Below are positions 48,800 through 62,309 of a stretch of DNA of 64,000 nucleotides, in pieces. Position 1 is the stretch's first letter, and the number at the start of each line of letters is the position of its first letter. Where the stretch lies: assembly GCA_024704765.1 (NCBI GenBank), contig JAKMXF010000021.1:25637-89636 (forward strand), read 5' to 3'. Source of the stretch: Oopsacas minuta (taxonomy: Eukaryota; Animalia; Porifera). The notes beneath the pieces are model-generated. The model worked only from the letters and a program-made list of their open reading frames with translations, was not told the origin of the DNA and did no database searches. Position numbers and translations under genes: made by a program.

Positions 48800-51200
48800 T
48801 AGAGATTTATAGAATATTTCTTAACGAAATATATGACGAAAAGGCTGGAAACATGTGTATTATCGAAAGGTAGCATAAACCTTAGACAAAGTTCGGATCA
48901 TCAAAAGTTCATTGGATATAAATAGATATATAATAGGGTGGCGCAAAAGACACATAACATATTTATCATTCTCAATTTTGGATACAAAATTGTAGTGTTG
49001 AAATAAATCTACAGTACAAAATTCACATTATTTGTGCAACGCTCAGTGGTGACACAAGAATTTCTATTATTCTTATCATATGATCAAGTGTACGAAGATT
49101 TTCAAAATGACTGGGCGGGTCTTTACATATATTGTTGAAAAGTCAAATATAAACACTCTATTCTGTCTGGAACAAAATGTCAAATGGAATGGATCCTCTT
49201 TGAAATTTCACTAGATGCGAGCCGTCGAGGGCTCGCGCAACGCGGCTTGAGAACATCCTTAGTTAGTATGTAAGTTGGCAAATAGAGCGACGAATTCTGT
49301 AAAACAATATCGTGGGGTAAATGTGTAAAAAATGCTTAATTAAACTGGTTTTAGTGATGTAAAAGAAAATTGAGCGTTTTCCTGTCCCTTGTCCAATTTT
49401 CACGTATTCTAATATTTCTAGTGTAGAAATTTAAGCAGCCTTGAATGTGCGGGTTGCCTAGCGGCGTCGAACAAGGAGTAAGTGGATGGGGATAACACAA
49501 ACTTTTAGAATGCAGCATTCCCACGTTGCTAGGGAAAAATATCAAAAATATATTCAAGTGACAACTCAAGTTTCAATATATGCCCAGAAATTCCAAATAT
49601 AAGTGGCCACATATTTGGGAAATTCTTCAGCAGCCCTTTGTGCATCAAAGATTTCTGACCACTGGAAGGTAGAGTTAAGTGAAATGCATAATGCAAAAAA
49701 GTTCTGAGAGGTGTTACCAGTACTGCTTTCGCCATCTGGTCTATATTAGATAGCGCGCAAGTAGAATGTCATTCGTTTGGAAATAGGAGTTCTGGTCACT
49801 CTGGGAATAAAAGTTGAATCTATGGTACCCCTCAATATGCCTAATGTCACGCGGTCATGATTTTGAAATATGCAAACACATGTGTTGATCCTTAGCACAG
49901 TCATGAATAATATTACGTCATCATGACTGTAAAACACCAAAAATTTTTGGAGGCAATTCGAGCTAAGATTAAAAGCCAAAGCCACATAGCACCTCCAATG
50001 TCACAAAAAAAGGTTTAAATTATGATTGGATGGACTATGGAAAATAAAATCTCAAAATTCTGCTATTTTGCTAACTGTAGGGGAGGCTCGTCAAAATGGT
50101 CAGGTCATCGCCTGATGTGACCTGAATTTCAGTTGATTTTAGATCATTTTCTAGTCATTTTCATGCCATAACTGATTAGAGAAATTCAGTATTATAACAT
50201 CAACTGGTTTTGTGTTACATACTATTCTATTATCACAATATTTTGCAATTTTTCCAGTTTTATCGTAAAACTTCAAGTAATTATTATTTATACATATAAA
50301 CACTAACCGAGCATAATTATTTCAAACACAACAAACTGCAAAATTACATATCCTGGCTATACGGCGAATAGGAAAATATCCTTAAGATTAAGATAATATG
50401 CCTGAAAGAACTATATGACAGTGTTAGTTAAGATTATCCTGACTAAAATTCGTATAGTCAGGATAAGTAATTGTGCATTAGTTGTGTTGAAATACTTCAG
50501 CTCGGTTAGTGTATATGGATTCAATGACGATTTTTGAAGCATGTGTTACATGCTGTATTTCAGTAGATTTAGCCAATTTATTGGTCTTACGGTATTCAAA
50601 GTATTGAACTTTAAAGGCTTCGGTCAGGTGCCCCCACTCACACCATATGATTTAACGACTAAATTTTCAAAATTTTCTAACCTGCTAATAATCGGTTATA
50701 ATTATTGGGTTAACAAAATTGAGGCACCCATGTCTAACAAAATTAATGAAATGCGCAAAACAATTGATGAAAAGTCTAACAAAATTAATTAAATGTTAAA
50801 CAGATTTGCCTCTACCTAAACTAGTGAATGTTTACCATAGTAAATGTCTAAAAAATTAACGAAGAGTACAAAACTAAATTAAAAGTATAGCAAAATGAAT
50901 GAAAGGTCTAACAAAATTAGCAATGCCTAGCAAATTTGATATAGTGTAGGTATAACAAATCAGACAGTGTAAATTCAAGGTCCAGGGTGAAAAATCACCA
51001 GAATGCTAGATATTCGAATGAGACAAGGATTTTGAGAGATGCTACTTATTTACATCTTGTGTGAACTTATATAACCAATCGGATACGATTTGACTAAGCC
51101 ACTTGAGTTTACATTCTCAAAATGAATCCATGGTCCAGCACTGTGACATTAACATATGTAGAGATAACAATGTGGTCTAAACTGTCATATGTAGCTAAGA

Positions 51201-53542
51201 CAGTGGTTCTCAACCTTTTCTGGCCTCCCCCCCATGTAGTTTACTCTCCCTTTTGGCCCCCCCCCTCTCCCCAAATAATTTGAAATTAATTTTTTTAATT
51301 CAAATTAACAGTAATTAATGAGAACCTTATAATTGCTTATTAGATGCTAATATTTCAATATCTGGACTATAACTTGATGCTGATATCCTTAAATCTTCCC
51401 TGAAGTCAAGTCGCCTGCGGTGTTTTGGCCTAAGAAAATTTGCTGAAGAAAACGTTTTCCCACAAAAATATTTTGTTGGAAATGGAAGCAAAAGCAATCT
51501 TTCAGCTGTTTTGAAAAGATTTGGTGCTATCCCCTTCACTAAAAACCAGAATTTCGTTTTGTTAGCACAAGAATATTTAGCTTTTGCCTCCTCATTTCCC
51601 TGTAAATATAACAACTCGTCTGCTAGGATGTCGTCTAAGTCCATCATATCCTCCAGTGACATATCCATCGGGGTTAGCAGGTATTTAGGGATTGATGCAA
51701 CGTCCGAAAAGCGATTGGAAAATCAGTAACTAGATTCATCAAATGTCTTTCGACAAGGGGAGTAAATTTAACTTCAAGATGTGGTGAAAGAGAAAGAATT
51801 GCTTCTACACGTGGGAACATGTGCCATCGGTTGCTTAGTATACATAAACGAAAGAATCTCAAATTATTTTGAAATGTAGTCACATTTTCTATAGCCGCTT
51901 GAAGAAAAATCCCATCTCCCTGCAACCTAAGAATACTCAGGTTATAGTAAGAGAAGATTTCAGTAAGATAAGCTAATTTCAGTTTGAAATAGAGCGATGA
52001 AAAACTCTTCTGTCTCGAAGAAATGTTTCTGATATAGAAATTCACATAACTGATCATAAATAGAATATGCTCGTTCAAGAGCTTTTCCTCTACTAAGCTA
52101 GCAAACTTCTGTGTGGAAAGGAGAACGTCGTGTTCTGCTTCCTAATCTTCACATAGTTTTTTAGTACGCGTTCGTTCAAAGGACTTGATTTGACAAAGTT
52201 CACAACTTTGATGACAAGGTTAAGTGTTTCATGAAGTTCAGGCTGGATATTTTTAGCAGCTAACGCCTGTTTATGAAGCATACAATGGATATGACTGCAC
52301 TGCGGTACTTCCCTTATAAAACATCCCCAGAATCCAGTATCTCTACCAGTCATATTTCGAGCTCCATCTGTACTAACACTAACAACTTGGCTTGAACTAA
52401 TCTGATATGAGTCAAAATAGGATCTAACCATCTTGAAGATATCTTGTCCAGTGCAACGACATTCAAAATAATCAACGAAAAGCAATTCTTCCTTTATGCA
52501 CTCGTTATCGATGAAACGTAAACAGACAATAAGAGTAGATTCCGCTCCAAATGTTGATTCATCTAATTGAATGCTGATAGGAATATCCTTTATAAGCCGA
52601 ACCAATTTATCTTCTAAATTCTGTGAAATTTCACTAATCCTCCTTTTTACTGTATCATTAGATAACGGGATTTTGTCTAGTTTCTCAGCTGCGGCACTTC
52701 CCAGAACATGCTTGGCAGAAGCCAACAGTGAAGGTTTGATTAGAGTTTCTGCATCTGTGTGAAGTTTTTTAAGCTTTGCGATTAGAAAAGATACTTCATA
52801 GGATGCCAAAGTACGACATTTCAAATCGGTAGACTGAGTGAAGAGAAAAAAAGATTTTTGTTGATTCAAATAGACTTTCTTTTCTACGAAAAGTACTCTA
52901 TTGGCTGCCCTACCTCTGTGGGATGTTTGAAAATTGATACGCTTTTAAATGATGAGGCCTCATAGAATCATTCGCCAAGCATACATGGCAGGTCAAGCAA
53001 AGAGGTTTTAATTCGTCTGGACTAGAAATTAATCCAAACTGCAGATAAGAGGATCATAATGTCGAATTCTGCGTTTTGCATTTGGTTCGGACATAATCTT
53101 CTGATTGTATAATAAAGTCTTGCAATGATAGGATTGAAAATCAATTAATGTAGATACTGTTCTATGTCATATTATTCATATTATTGGAATCACACATTGA
53201 TTATGTATTCACAATCGAATACATAGTATTTATTGTCATACAAAAGCAATTTATATTTGTCAGATGCATGCCATCTTTTCGAACCCTTACAAAGTATTGA
53301 CAATAATTATATCTGAGTACTAACTTTATCGACGTAATATGCAAATGGGTTTTTAAAAGAGCGAGAAATTGAATACAAAGATATAAAATAAGCAGCGGTA
53401 GCGAGGGGCCTCCTCTGACTAGATTATTTACGCACCCCCCAAGTATAGATTGTTCTCTCCGGATATGTATCCCCTTTATCCCCCCTCTTCGGTATTGCCA
53501 TCCCCCCAATGGGCGGATATCCCTCCTGGTTGAGAACCACTG
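51201..53542 (-). mobile_element. hAT Buster-type element, full length 2342 bp; transposase about 52990-51327, disrupted
   Basis: Perfect 15-bp TIRs CAGTGGTTCTCAACC. 8-bp TSD AGCTAAGA at 51193-51200 and 53543-53550 (Buster nnnTAnnn). Motifs SNDTVKRRI, IQLDEST, STDGARNMTG, HCMLHKQAL and FPTKYFCGKTFS. Confidence 0.95.
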
Positions 53543-55949
53543 AGCTAAGATATGCAAGTTTACATGCGCTGTGAGACCCCAAATTCGGTGCACCACCGGC
53601 CAGCCAGGAATTCGTTACAAATATGATCTGAAACACCTCAGAAATACTCTATCCCAGGTTGTAGGGGGTTATAGGGGTGTTGTAGGAGGAAATAGTGGGC
53701 TGAATTCTGGGCTGTCCGGAGCAAAATCGAAAATCGGGTACTCACAAAGTATGCAAATATTTCTTAGCTACATATAAACGTTTATAACACATAAATATCC
53801 CTAACAAACTAACAAAAAAGTCTAACCATTTTGATACATCACCCTGACTAGCTAATAAGCTAAGCAACTATTTAATTAATTTATGAGTTGGAATGCCAAT
53901 ATATCTCATAATATTATACAGTTGGCACTCACAAATAGGGGCACTCGCTAACCTGGTAAAAATCTCCAAACCCGGATCACACACTCAGATTTCATTTTCG
54001 ATAAAGAAATCACTCTCGCCAACCAGGTCATCAATTATTTTCTAGATGCCCGGTTTACAGCACTACTGTAACTCTCTAAGTACTAACAGATGGATTATTA
54101 TTATGTTGTTAAGTGTCAAAGCTGCTTATTCACAAGAATTCTAGTCTTAGAATATCACTCTTATTTCAAATCAATCGGATAAGATTTGATTGAGCCAAGT
54201 CAGTTTGCATTTTTGATATCCTGGTTCACAATGCAGATCAAAATTTTCAAAATGGCACTAAAATCTAGGATTGGAGGATCAATATACGTACTTTTCATAA
54301 AATTTGCGAGACTTTGCATGAATATTGTGAGACTTTTCATAAATTTTATTAGGCATTTGATCAATTTTGGCAACTTAATAATTAGAAGCCGCTATTTATC
54401 AATTTTACAAATCCTAATGGTTGTTATGCATAGAAACTGAAGAAAATTACTTGATTAGGTAATATTTTCAGAGATATAGCGAATTGTGTGTTAAGTCATC
54501 AATGCATTGGGTCAATAAAAACAATAATCGAATATTGGCTTGCAATATGTGTATTCATGAGCTATACAACTACAAATTTCATTGGAAACGATCAATGCGG
54601 ATTTCCAGCACTGTTAAGATGTAATATTAATATATACTCAAATATCCTAAATTTAGTGAGAGTATTTGACATCTTATAAAGTATGCTCATATTCACCATA
54701 ATTTTAGATATTCGGGTATAGATTATAGGTGCTAAGTGACCTAAACTTTAAGTTTCTAATGGACTAAATTTTTGTCTTGTTCATTGCCTAACAAATACAT
54801 ACACAGATTGCAAGGAAATTTTCGATTATTGCAGTCATTGTGACACAGTGATGTGAAGACATGACACATATTTACCCATAAATCTTAAATACTGAACTGA
54901 ACAAGTAGGCTTCTTCAGGACCAATACAAATCAAGTATTAGAATCTGCAAAATAGATATATAGCCAGTTAGAAAAACTGGAACTATTTAGGTTGGGAAAG
55001 TTATGGGTGGGGGTAACCTGACCAATAACTATAAAATTAGAATAGTTTGAATACCCTGGGAGTCTAGGACCAAAGACTTGACAAAAGTGGGCGGAGGCCG
55101 CCAGCAGGTGAGAAAACATCATGATATATTTGATTCAAACAAGGTTTTGAAAATTTGGTATTGAAGTATTTAAGTGACTTTATTCGTGATTTAAATCAAT
55201 GATGCAAATCGAAACAACCCTAGCAAACCTCAGAAATGAAGTGGATAGCAAATTTACGAAAGAGTAGCTACTGAATACATATGCACATTAAAAATAATAT
55301 CAATGAAAGTACAAAAATTGGAAAAAATTAACGATAATTAAAATGATTTCTAAAACCCAGAGTGAGAGAGAAATACTGATATAATTTCGCAATAAGAATA
55401 GACGATAGGCGGGGACTTCGTAATACAGGACTTACAACTGATTTGGACCATGGATGATAAGTAGATGGTAATGTAAAATTATTATACTTTGAATGGGAAG
55501 GAATAGTAAGAATTTATTCTGACAATTAAACAGTTTATATGCATGCAATTACATTCTGTAACAACTTTACATATCCAAGATCGAAATTTGTCGAATGTTA
55601 GCGAATATCAGTAGATGTTTTGGCTAATTTAGGTAGTTGTAATGAAAATATACTATAATAATTAGAGATAGTAACTCCGATAGTTAAACAGATAATATAC
55701 ATATTGATTAATCATTTACTGAAACAATTAAATGTTAGCTAAGATTGAAATTTCTTAATTTCCTGTTGTCCTCAAAATTAGAAGTTCTTTTTGAAGATTT
55801 GAGTACCTTCAGCGAATTTAAAATTCGAACCTTATTCGCCGAATACAATTAGAGATGGTATAAAGAATTTTCTTCAAGATATCCGATTTTAAACTGGAAA
55901 CAGTTGTCGCACGTAATTCTCCAAAATTCTGCCAAAGGTGATGTATCTT

Positions 55950-56700
55950 CTATTGTGATAGTAGAGAGAGATACAAGAATTTTTGAGGGGTTGAAAAAAC
56001 AAATTTGTTGAATAATTTCGGTTGTACTCCAATCGCAATAAAGATTTTCCAAAGGAGAATGCACGATTCGAGGACCCCTAAAGCTGGATACTTTAATCCT
56101 CCTCGATCTGTTATCTGAATGAAATGATTCATATAATCTTGATTTCTAAATGAAAATCTCTGTTTGGTTAAACTAGAAAAAGCATTCTCCGCACCTATCT
56201 TCGTATACGAAGAAGTTAGCAGCCAATTCAAATTAAAAAAAAACGTGTTAAAATCAATCGTCTACTTGACCAACCCACCGTATATCTAGAGAAAAAAATT
56301 GTTATTATTCGAAAGTATAGCGTTAGTGGATTACCAAAATGTCATCAGAATTGTAAAAATGTGTGATGACTTAACATGAAGGTTTTGAAAAATTTTCCAT
56401 TCGTGTCAACTATAATGTGATATTTGACCGGCTTCTCATAATTATTCATCAAGTAGGTAGGCTGGCCGTCTGGAAATAATTCTCACTGTACCATCAGGTT
56501 TAGTTATATCGACAGTCAAAAGTAGATCTTCTCTGAAATGTTTAATACAGACAAAATTTTCTGTAATTCAGATAAATTTCACGACATATCTGCTTCAACC
56601 ACATTTTAGCTAGCTGGGCATCATTTGGAAATGTGAAGACAGTATAGGTATTGTTTGATCCAGGATAATTACTTTCACAATTTGGCCGCGTGAATTAAGC
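55950..56700 (-). pseudogene. THAP-domain / P-element-like relic, internally deleted
   Basis: The minus strand reads NCESNY...VFTFPNDAQLAKMWLKQICRGN...VCIKHFRED (THAP) and FIQITDRGGLKYP (motif of the P-type C-terminal region). The two are too close together to hold a catalytic core. 56210-56450 is a diverged match to 38820-39040. Confidence 0.65.
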
Positions 56701-57427
56701 TATATCCAAGAACTAAGGAATATAAAGAAGAAATAGGATGAAATTATCATGAGCAATCAAAATTAGTAGGAAAGCAAATATGAAAACAATGAAAAACGAA
56801 CCTTAAACTAAATAAATACATTGCATTATCTAGAGCAAAAGTAAATTTAAATACGGGTGGTTATAATAAATTGTGTTTACAAAAATTACATGTTCTGGTT
56901 GCATAAATATTACCATCTAGTTACCATCCATGTTACAAGTGTTCCAAGGTCAGTTGTAAGTCCTGTATTACGAAGTTCACGCAAGCGCCCATAGCAGAAT
57001 ATATCTTCTCCATGGTTAAATTTTGCTGTTGAAGTGTTATTTGCATTCAATTGATTGATAACAGATATGTAATTGATATGAAAATAACTGAAAAATGACT
57101 TTTGATTAATCTTGAGACGAGAACATACCTGCATGTAATATTTTTAACTATGAACTGACCTGACCTTATATTTAACAGATAAGAAATGACCTGACCCAAC
57201 CTAACATGTAGAACCTTTTGACAAGCCTACTCTAGGCACGTTGGGACGAGTATATCCCCTTACTTAGGACCAAAATCGATAAGTTAGTTAGTCAAAGAAT
57301 ACTTGAGCAAAATCTGAAGAACGACATACAAAACATAGTTAGCATAAGACCGTTTGTTGCGAAGCACTAGAGTATTAATTAAATAAAAAATAAATGTACG
57401 TACATTATAATTATCTCACAAACTTAC

Positions 57428-57684
57428 TCAGTAATAAGGGAATGACACTTTGATTTGGATCCGAAAAATTTATACTTTTCAATGATACAATCTATCTTGG
57501 AGATAGAAATCTTCTGCGCAGGAGTGGTAGGAGTGTAAATTGAACATTCAGGATGCAAGGGGTGTAAGTCAATATCCTCAATGATAAATTTTTCGGAAGT
57601 AAAACCACAACTTTTACAAGCCATAATGTGTTCAGTACCCAGAGAATCAGAGGAAAATTCTCTATTACAAAGGGAACAAGTCAT
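57428..57684 (-). CDS. Putative exon 1 of a TFIIB/BRF-family transcription factor (zinc ribbon)
   Basis: Uninterrupted MTCSLC-x16-CKSCGFTSEKFII (C-x2-C-x16-C-x2-C zinc ribbon). Ends ...HSLIT GA|GTAAGT (consensus donor at 57427, phase 2), which matches the phase of the acceptor at 46487. Confidence 0.6.
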
Positions 57685-58236
57685 AGAGAACAAAGGAAAC
57701 AAGTACAAAAGTTTGATAGTGAATGCTAAAATAAAAGGAAGACAACAGGGAAAAAGTAGAAATATACTTAGAAACAATGAATAATTGGGGAACAGATCAG
57801 AAATCGGTGGAAGATTGAAGGCTTTCTCACAATGTGCTGAATAGCCAAACTATGAAAAATGGTTTTAAAGTTCAATTTTGACTAACAAAGGAGAATAATT
57901 TATAAATAAATTGCTATCAGTGTACATTTATCAGAAAATACATTTATCTGTCCGTCGTCAAGAAAGGGATTATGGAAAGTTGTATTGAATTGGATTTTCT
58001 CAATTGTATGATGTAGAAATACGCTGTATTAATAATGTTAAAAAGAAAGTAAACAATTGTTAAAAAACTGACAAAATAGATCGAATATGCTGAATCAGAT
58101 TTTCACAGTTTTGAAGATATGAGATGTAAATTTATGCCATTTTATGAATACAAATGAAGCAAATAGTTGAAATTTCAAAAATTTCTTAAAAAACTAAAAG
58201 TATTTTGGATAATAGATACCTTGCAATTTATGTCGG

Positions 58237-58440
58237 ATGGATATTATAGGTCCACTTTTACCCTCGCCAGACGGATTCAAGTATATGTAAACTGGACGGA
58301 GTTTTTTACGAAAATATTGTGACCCGACCACTTAAAACAAAGTATGCATCTGAAGTATCTACAGCAATTTTCTCCATCTATTGCAACTATGGTGTACCTA
58401 TTAGAATTATACTAAAAATGAACCTAATTTTACCAGCGCT
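58237..58440 (+). pseudogene. Gypsy/Ginger-type integrase core fragment
   Basis: MDIIGPLLPSPDGFKY followed, after a frameshift, by TRPLKTKYASEVSTAIFSIYCNYGVPIRII. Confidence 0.65.
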
Positions 58441-60389
58441 CCAAGCGTCATTCGCTTGTGAAACAAATCGATGTGACATGGCAAAATTCACGTATATATA
58501 AGTGTCAATATATATACATATATTAACAGAGAGTTACATTCAAAAGTGGCACCAAACTATATTCTTCTGCAGCTTAACAACCACAGACAAATGGATTAGA
58601 CGAATCAACAAATAAATCAGTTTTTCTTTTTAAGAGGAAGTGTTAGAATTTATTACTCTAGAGTGAATTTATGACAACAATTACTTCTTCAAACTGGATA
58701 ACTTTTCGAATTACTTTTTAGAGTTCGATCAAACTCTCCATAGTTGAATTTTCATATATCAATATATGACCAAAAGCTCAGAACCTGTAAAAGGTATAAT
58801 AATTATAATTTATTTAAACATTAGAGGGGTTAAAGGAAGCCAAGATTTATTGTACTAGTAAAGAGTATTTATATCACGAAATGTATTTAGAGTATTCGCA
58901 ATTTGTTCTTTGAGTCCTTGAAATCACATTTTATATTTGTTCTTTGTGCCCGCCACCCCACCGCCACTCCCTCTCAAGTCATCTAGGGTGGGGCAACTAA
59001 TAAAAGAGCTTAAGAAGAAAGTCCTGGGACGCTTAGAGACTGTGTTCAGGTTATTCAGTGGATGAATGGAATGATGCAGTGATTCCACCAAACAATTATT
59101 TAATTACAAAGTATTGCATATATTATATTATAATGGAACCCTCGGTGACAATATCCGATTGTAGCAAGTTATTCGTAGGTATTATACTTATTAGTTTAAT
59201 CCGACAGGTCACACTGTTAATGATGATTAAGTTGATAGTATGGTAAATGACCCGCCTTAAATTAGGTGCAAAGTGCCGTTTCTGTTCCTCACTTATGAAT
59301 ACGTTATGAGCCAGGATACTATGTACTAGTTTGTCAATGAGGGTAAGTTAAATAACAGCCCGGACTAAAAGTCAATTAAAATGGTCAGCACTGTATACAA
59401 TAAAAAGAGTAGGTGACACCATTGTTGAGATAGTGACCCCTAGGAAACTAAAGAAGTCAGAATCGAAAAGGTAAAACCATTCATTACTCGCCCTAAGGGG
59501 TGAGTATGGAATAGATAGCTTCCACAACTTCTAGTTGTTCGATCTCTCGAAAATTTTTAGCAGGATTTTTGTATCATCATCTAGTATCCAAAAATGCAAA
59601 AATACCTTAAAAATTAAAATTTGAAAAATTGGAAAAATTTTGGTAAACTATCAAGAAGTATTGTAAAGTTCAGCAAAGATATACCTGTAATCGACATAGC
59701 TATTTATTTGAAATCGCCTGGAAAGAAAAGCAAGTTAATTAGAATTTCGATTTATTGAATGAAGCAAAAATATGCCTCACTCTGCTTTGTCTATCAATTT
59801 ATCTCTGGCTGAACATTTTTCAAATTCAAGAATTTTACTATAAACTCCTATTTAATGTTCTTTTAACTTAATTTTCTCAAGGGTGTGAAACAGTTTTTGA
59901 ACCTAGCTTATATACATGCCGAGTTGTACAATTTGACACATGGGAATGTGGCTGCTCAAAGCTCCTAGACAATCGAGGAAGAAGAAACGCCACTTTTCGA
60001 ATGGAAAAATGGCCATTTAATGCCAATAATTTGCAAAATATAATACAAAATAGCATAAATGGCCTATCTACTGATTGTACTGATGTATAATATTTTGAGG
60101 CACTGCATGATTATACCATGTATATCCAACATTTATCATATTTTTGGGTACTATGATATTTTAAGGCAGCTAGAATCCGCAAAAATCTGTGTAATTTCTA
60201 TTAGTTCCAGATTGTCTTGACGATAGTCTCAAACTCTCAGTCCATTTATATGAACTTTAAATTCTAGTTTTCATCTAAGATATACCCTCTCCGAAATGCA
60301 CAATACTACTTTCTAGTTGAAATAATTACTTTTAAGTAATTTTAGAAATTTAGCGAAACTTTTCTACTGAGGCAAAACAATTTGATAAT

Positions 60390-61375
60390 ACTTTAAGTTT
60401 CTTCAAGATGGCTCAGTTCCACCAGAAATACCTACATCAAGGGCCAGATGTAACGTCAAGCGGAAAGCAACACGTTTCTTCATCGAAGCATATAAACTTT
60501 AAAAGTAAAATCGAGATTTTGACATTAAATAATACATTAATTGTAATTTATGCGGCTGATAGAAGAATTGAGTAGAATTCAACTTAATTTCAAAACTGAG
60601 CGATTAAATCGTAGATATTTTCCTTTGAGATTAAGTGATGAAAACTATCGAAATCGTTTTTTAGACAGTCAATATTGTTGGAAATCTTTCCCAAGTCACG
60701 CTTCCGAGGAGAGATTAAATAGCAGAGATATTCCAGATCTTCTATAACCAGGTTGTTCATCCTGGAATTAACACTACATCTACTTCCACTTAAAGATAGT
60801 GCATGAGGAAGGGAATGCACGCGGAAATAAATGAATATGTGAGTAGTTTGTAAATTAGATCAAAATTACCTCATTACATACTAACTATCCCATTTCTTTT
60901 AAAGGTGAAAACTTATGTTGTCACTCAGCAGACTGCTGCATTGCCATTGGCACCACAGAAAAAATTACATCCAATTGCACTTCCTAGCCATCCCTGGGTG
61001 CATATAGGAATGGACCTTGTGTGCGAATTTCCCACTACTACTGAAGGATATAAACATATCCTAGTAAACGTGTGTTACTTAAGCATGTTTTGGCAAGGCC
61101 TCTGAAGACGAAGACCTCAGAGGAGGTTATATCGGCACTCCAACATAAAAACCTCGAAGTAGGAGTGCCAATAATAATCCAACATGAGCAGGGGAAAGAA
61201 TTTAACAGCAATGTAAAGTGGTGCATACTTTTTACTATAGATATTTGTCAAAATTTGTTGCACTATAGATATTTCAAGAATTCAATCCTAATCTTGGAAT
61301 CGATAACAGAAGCACTCGGGCTTACCATCCACAGGCTAATAGTTTAGTTGAGGCACACAATAATATTCTTAAAAT
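60390..61375 (+). pseudogene. Ginger1-like integrase/transposase relic with short introns
   Basis: FLQDGSVP...KRKATRF and HPGINTT...GMHAEINEY|VKT. LHPIALPSHPWVHIGMDLV, RPLKTKTSEEV and IIQHEQGKEFNSN|IFQ...AYHPQANSLVE. GT-AG introns at 60839-60904 and 61213-61268 each restore the frame. Confidence 0.75.
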
Positions 61376-61464
61376 GTGAGGAAATTGACTGAGTATTGAA
61401 ATCGATTAGTTTGAGGATTTAGCCAAATCATTTGATGTAGGAGATTGAACAAAATGGTGCCTTA

Positions 61465-62110
61465 GAAATGTGTCGCTATTGGAAATTGAGTGACAACACT
61501 TTGTATTGTTCACTTTAAGAATTTCTACATCGCGAAATGTCAAACTGACTATCAAAACAATTGTATGGATCAGTATTTCACCATACTTGTGTCGCTATTG
61601 GAACTATGGAAAAAGAGTTCTTTCTTAAAGTATTGCAGTGAATATGTGTTGACATGTAAAATTGAGTGGCCACAATTTGTATTGTTTAGTTTCACTTTTT
61701 CTAGGTGGCGAAAAGTGAAACTGACTATTAAAAACTTTGTATAGCTATGGATTTCATCTCGCATGTGTCGCTAATTGAAATTGAGTGAACACTTTTTGTA
61801 TAGTCAAGTTTCCAGTAAATATATATTGAGAGTAAATATTGAGTAAGAACAATTTGTATTGATTAGTTTCACAATGATTATGGAGCGAAATGTGAAATTG
61901 ACTATTACAAACATTGGATAGCTCAGTATTTCACTTCACATGTGTCGCTATTTGGAATTGAGAAGAACGTTTTGTTAAGTAAAGTATTGCAGTGAATATG
62001 TATTGACCTTTGATTTTGACTGACAACACTTTGCATTGTTTAGTTTCACAATTTCCATGTGGCGAAATGCGAAACTGACTCTCAAAATGTTTGTATAGAT
62101 CAGTATTACA
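61465..62110. repeat. Degenerate tandem array with 119/176/177-bp periods (about 59-bp sub-units)
   Basis: GTGTCGCTA recurs at 61470, 61589, 61765 and 61942. GCGAAA.GT.AAACTGACT and TTTGTATTG motifs recur within the units. Confidence 0.85.
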
Positions 62111-62309
62111 CTTAACCATAGCCTTCTTAGCAAGATTGGCCAGTATGCTAATTTTTCAGCGGACACGAGCAAAGTATGGAGATTTAGTATATACCAGTTC
62201 GCATATTAGCAATTTGGCGTATTTGCAAGTGTTTTAGGCTCACAGCGGCCCAATTGCACATAATATGTTCCCTCATTAGGAAGTTCGCCTACATGCAAGT
62301 TTTTCAGAC

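Noticed and set aside
49200-49265. GC-rich GCGCAACGCGG segment resembling a Helitron 3' hairpin
   Set aside because: It ends CCTTAGT rather than CTAG and has no matching upstream family sequence.
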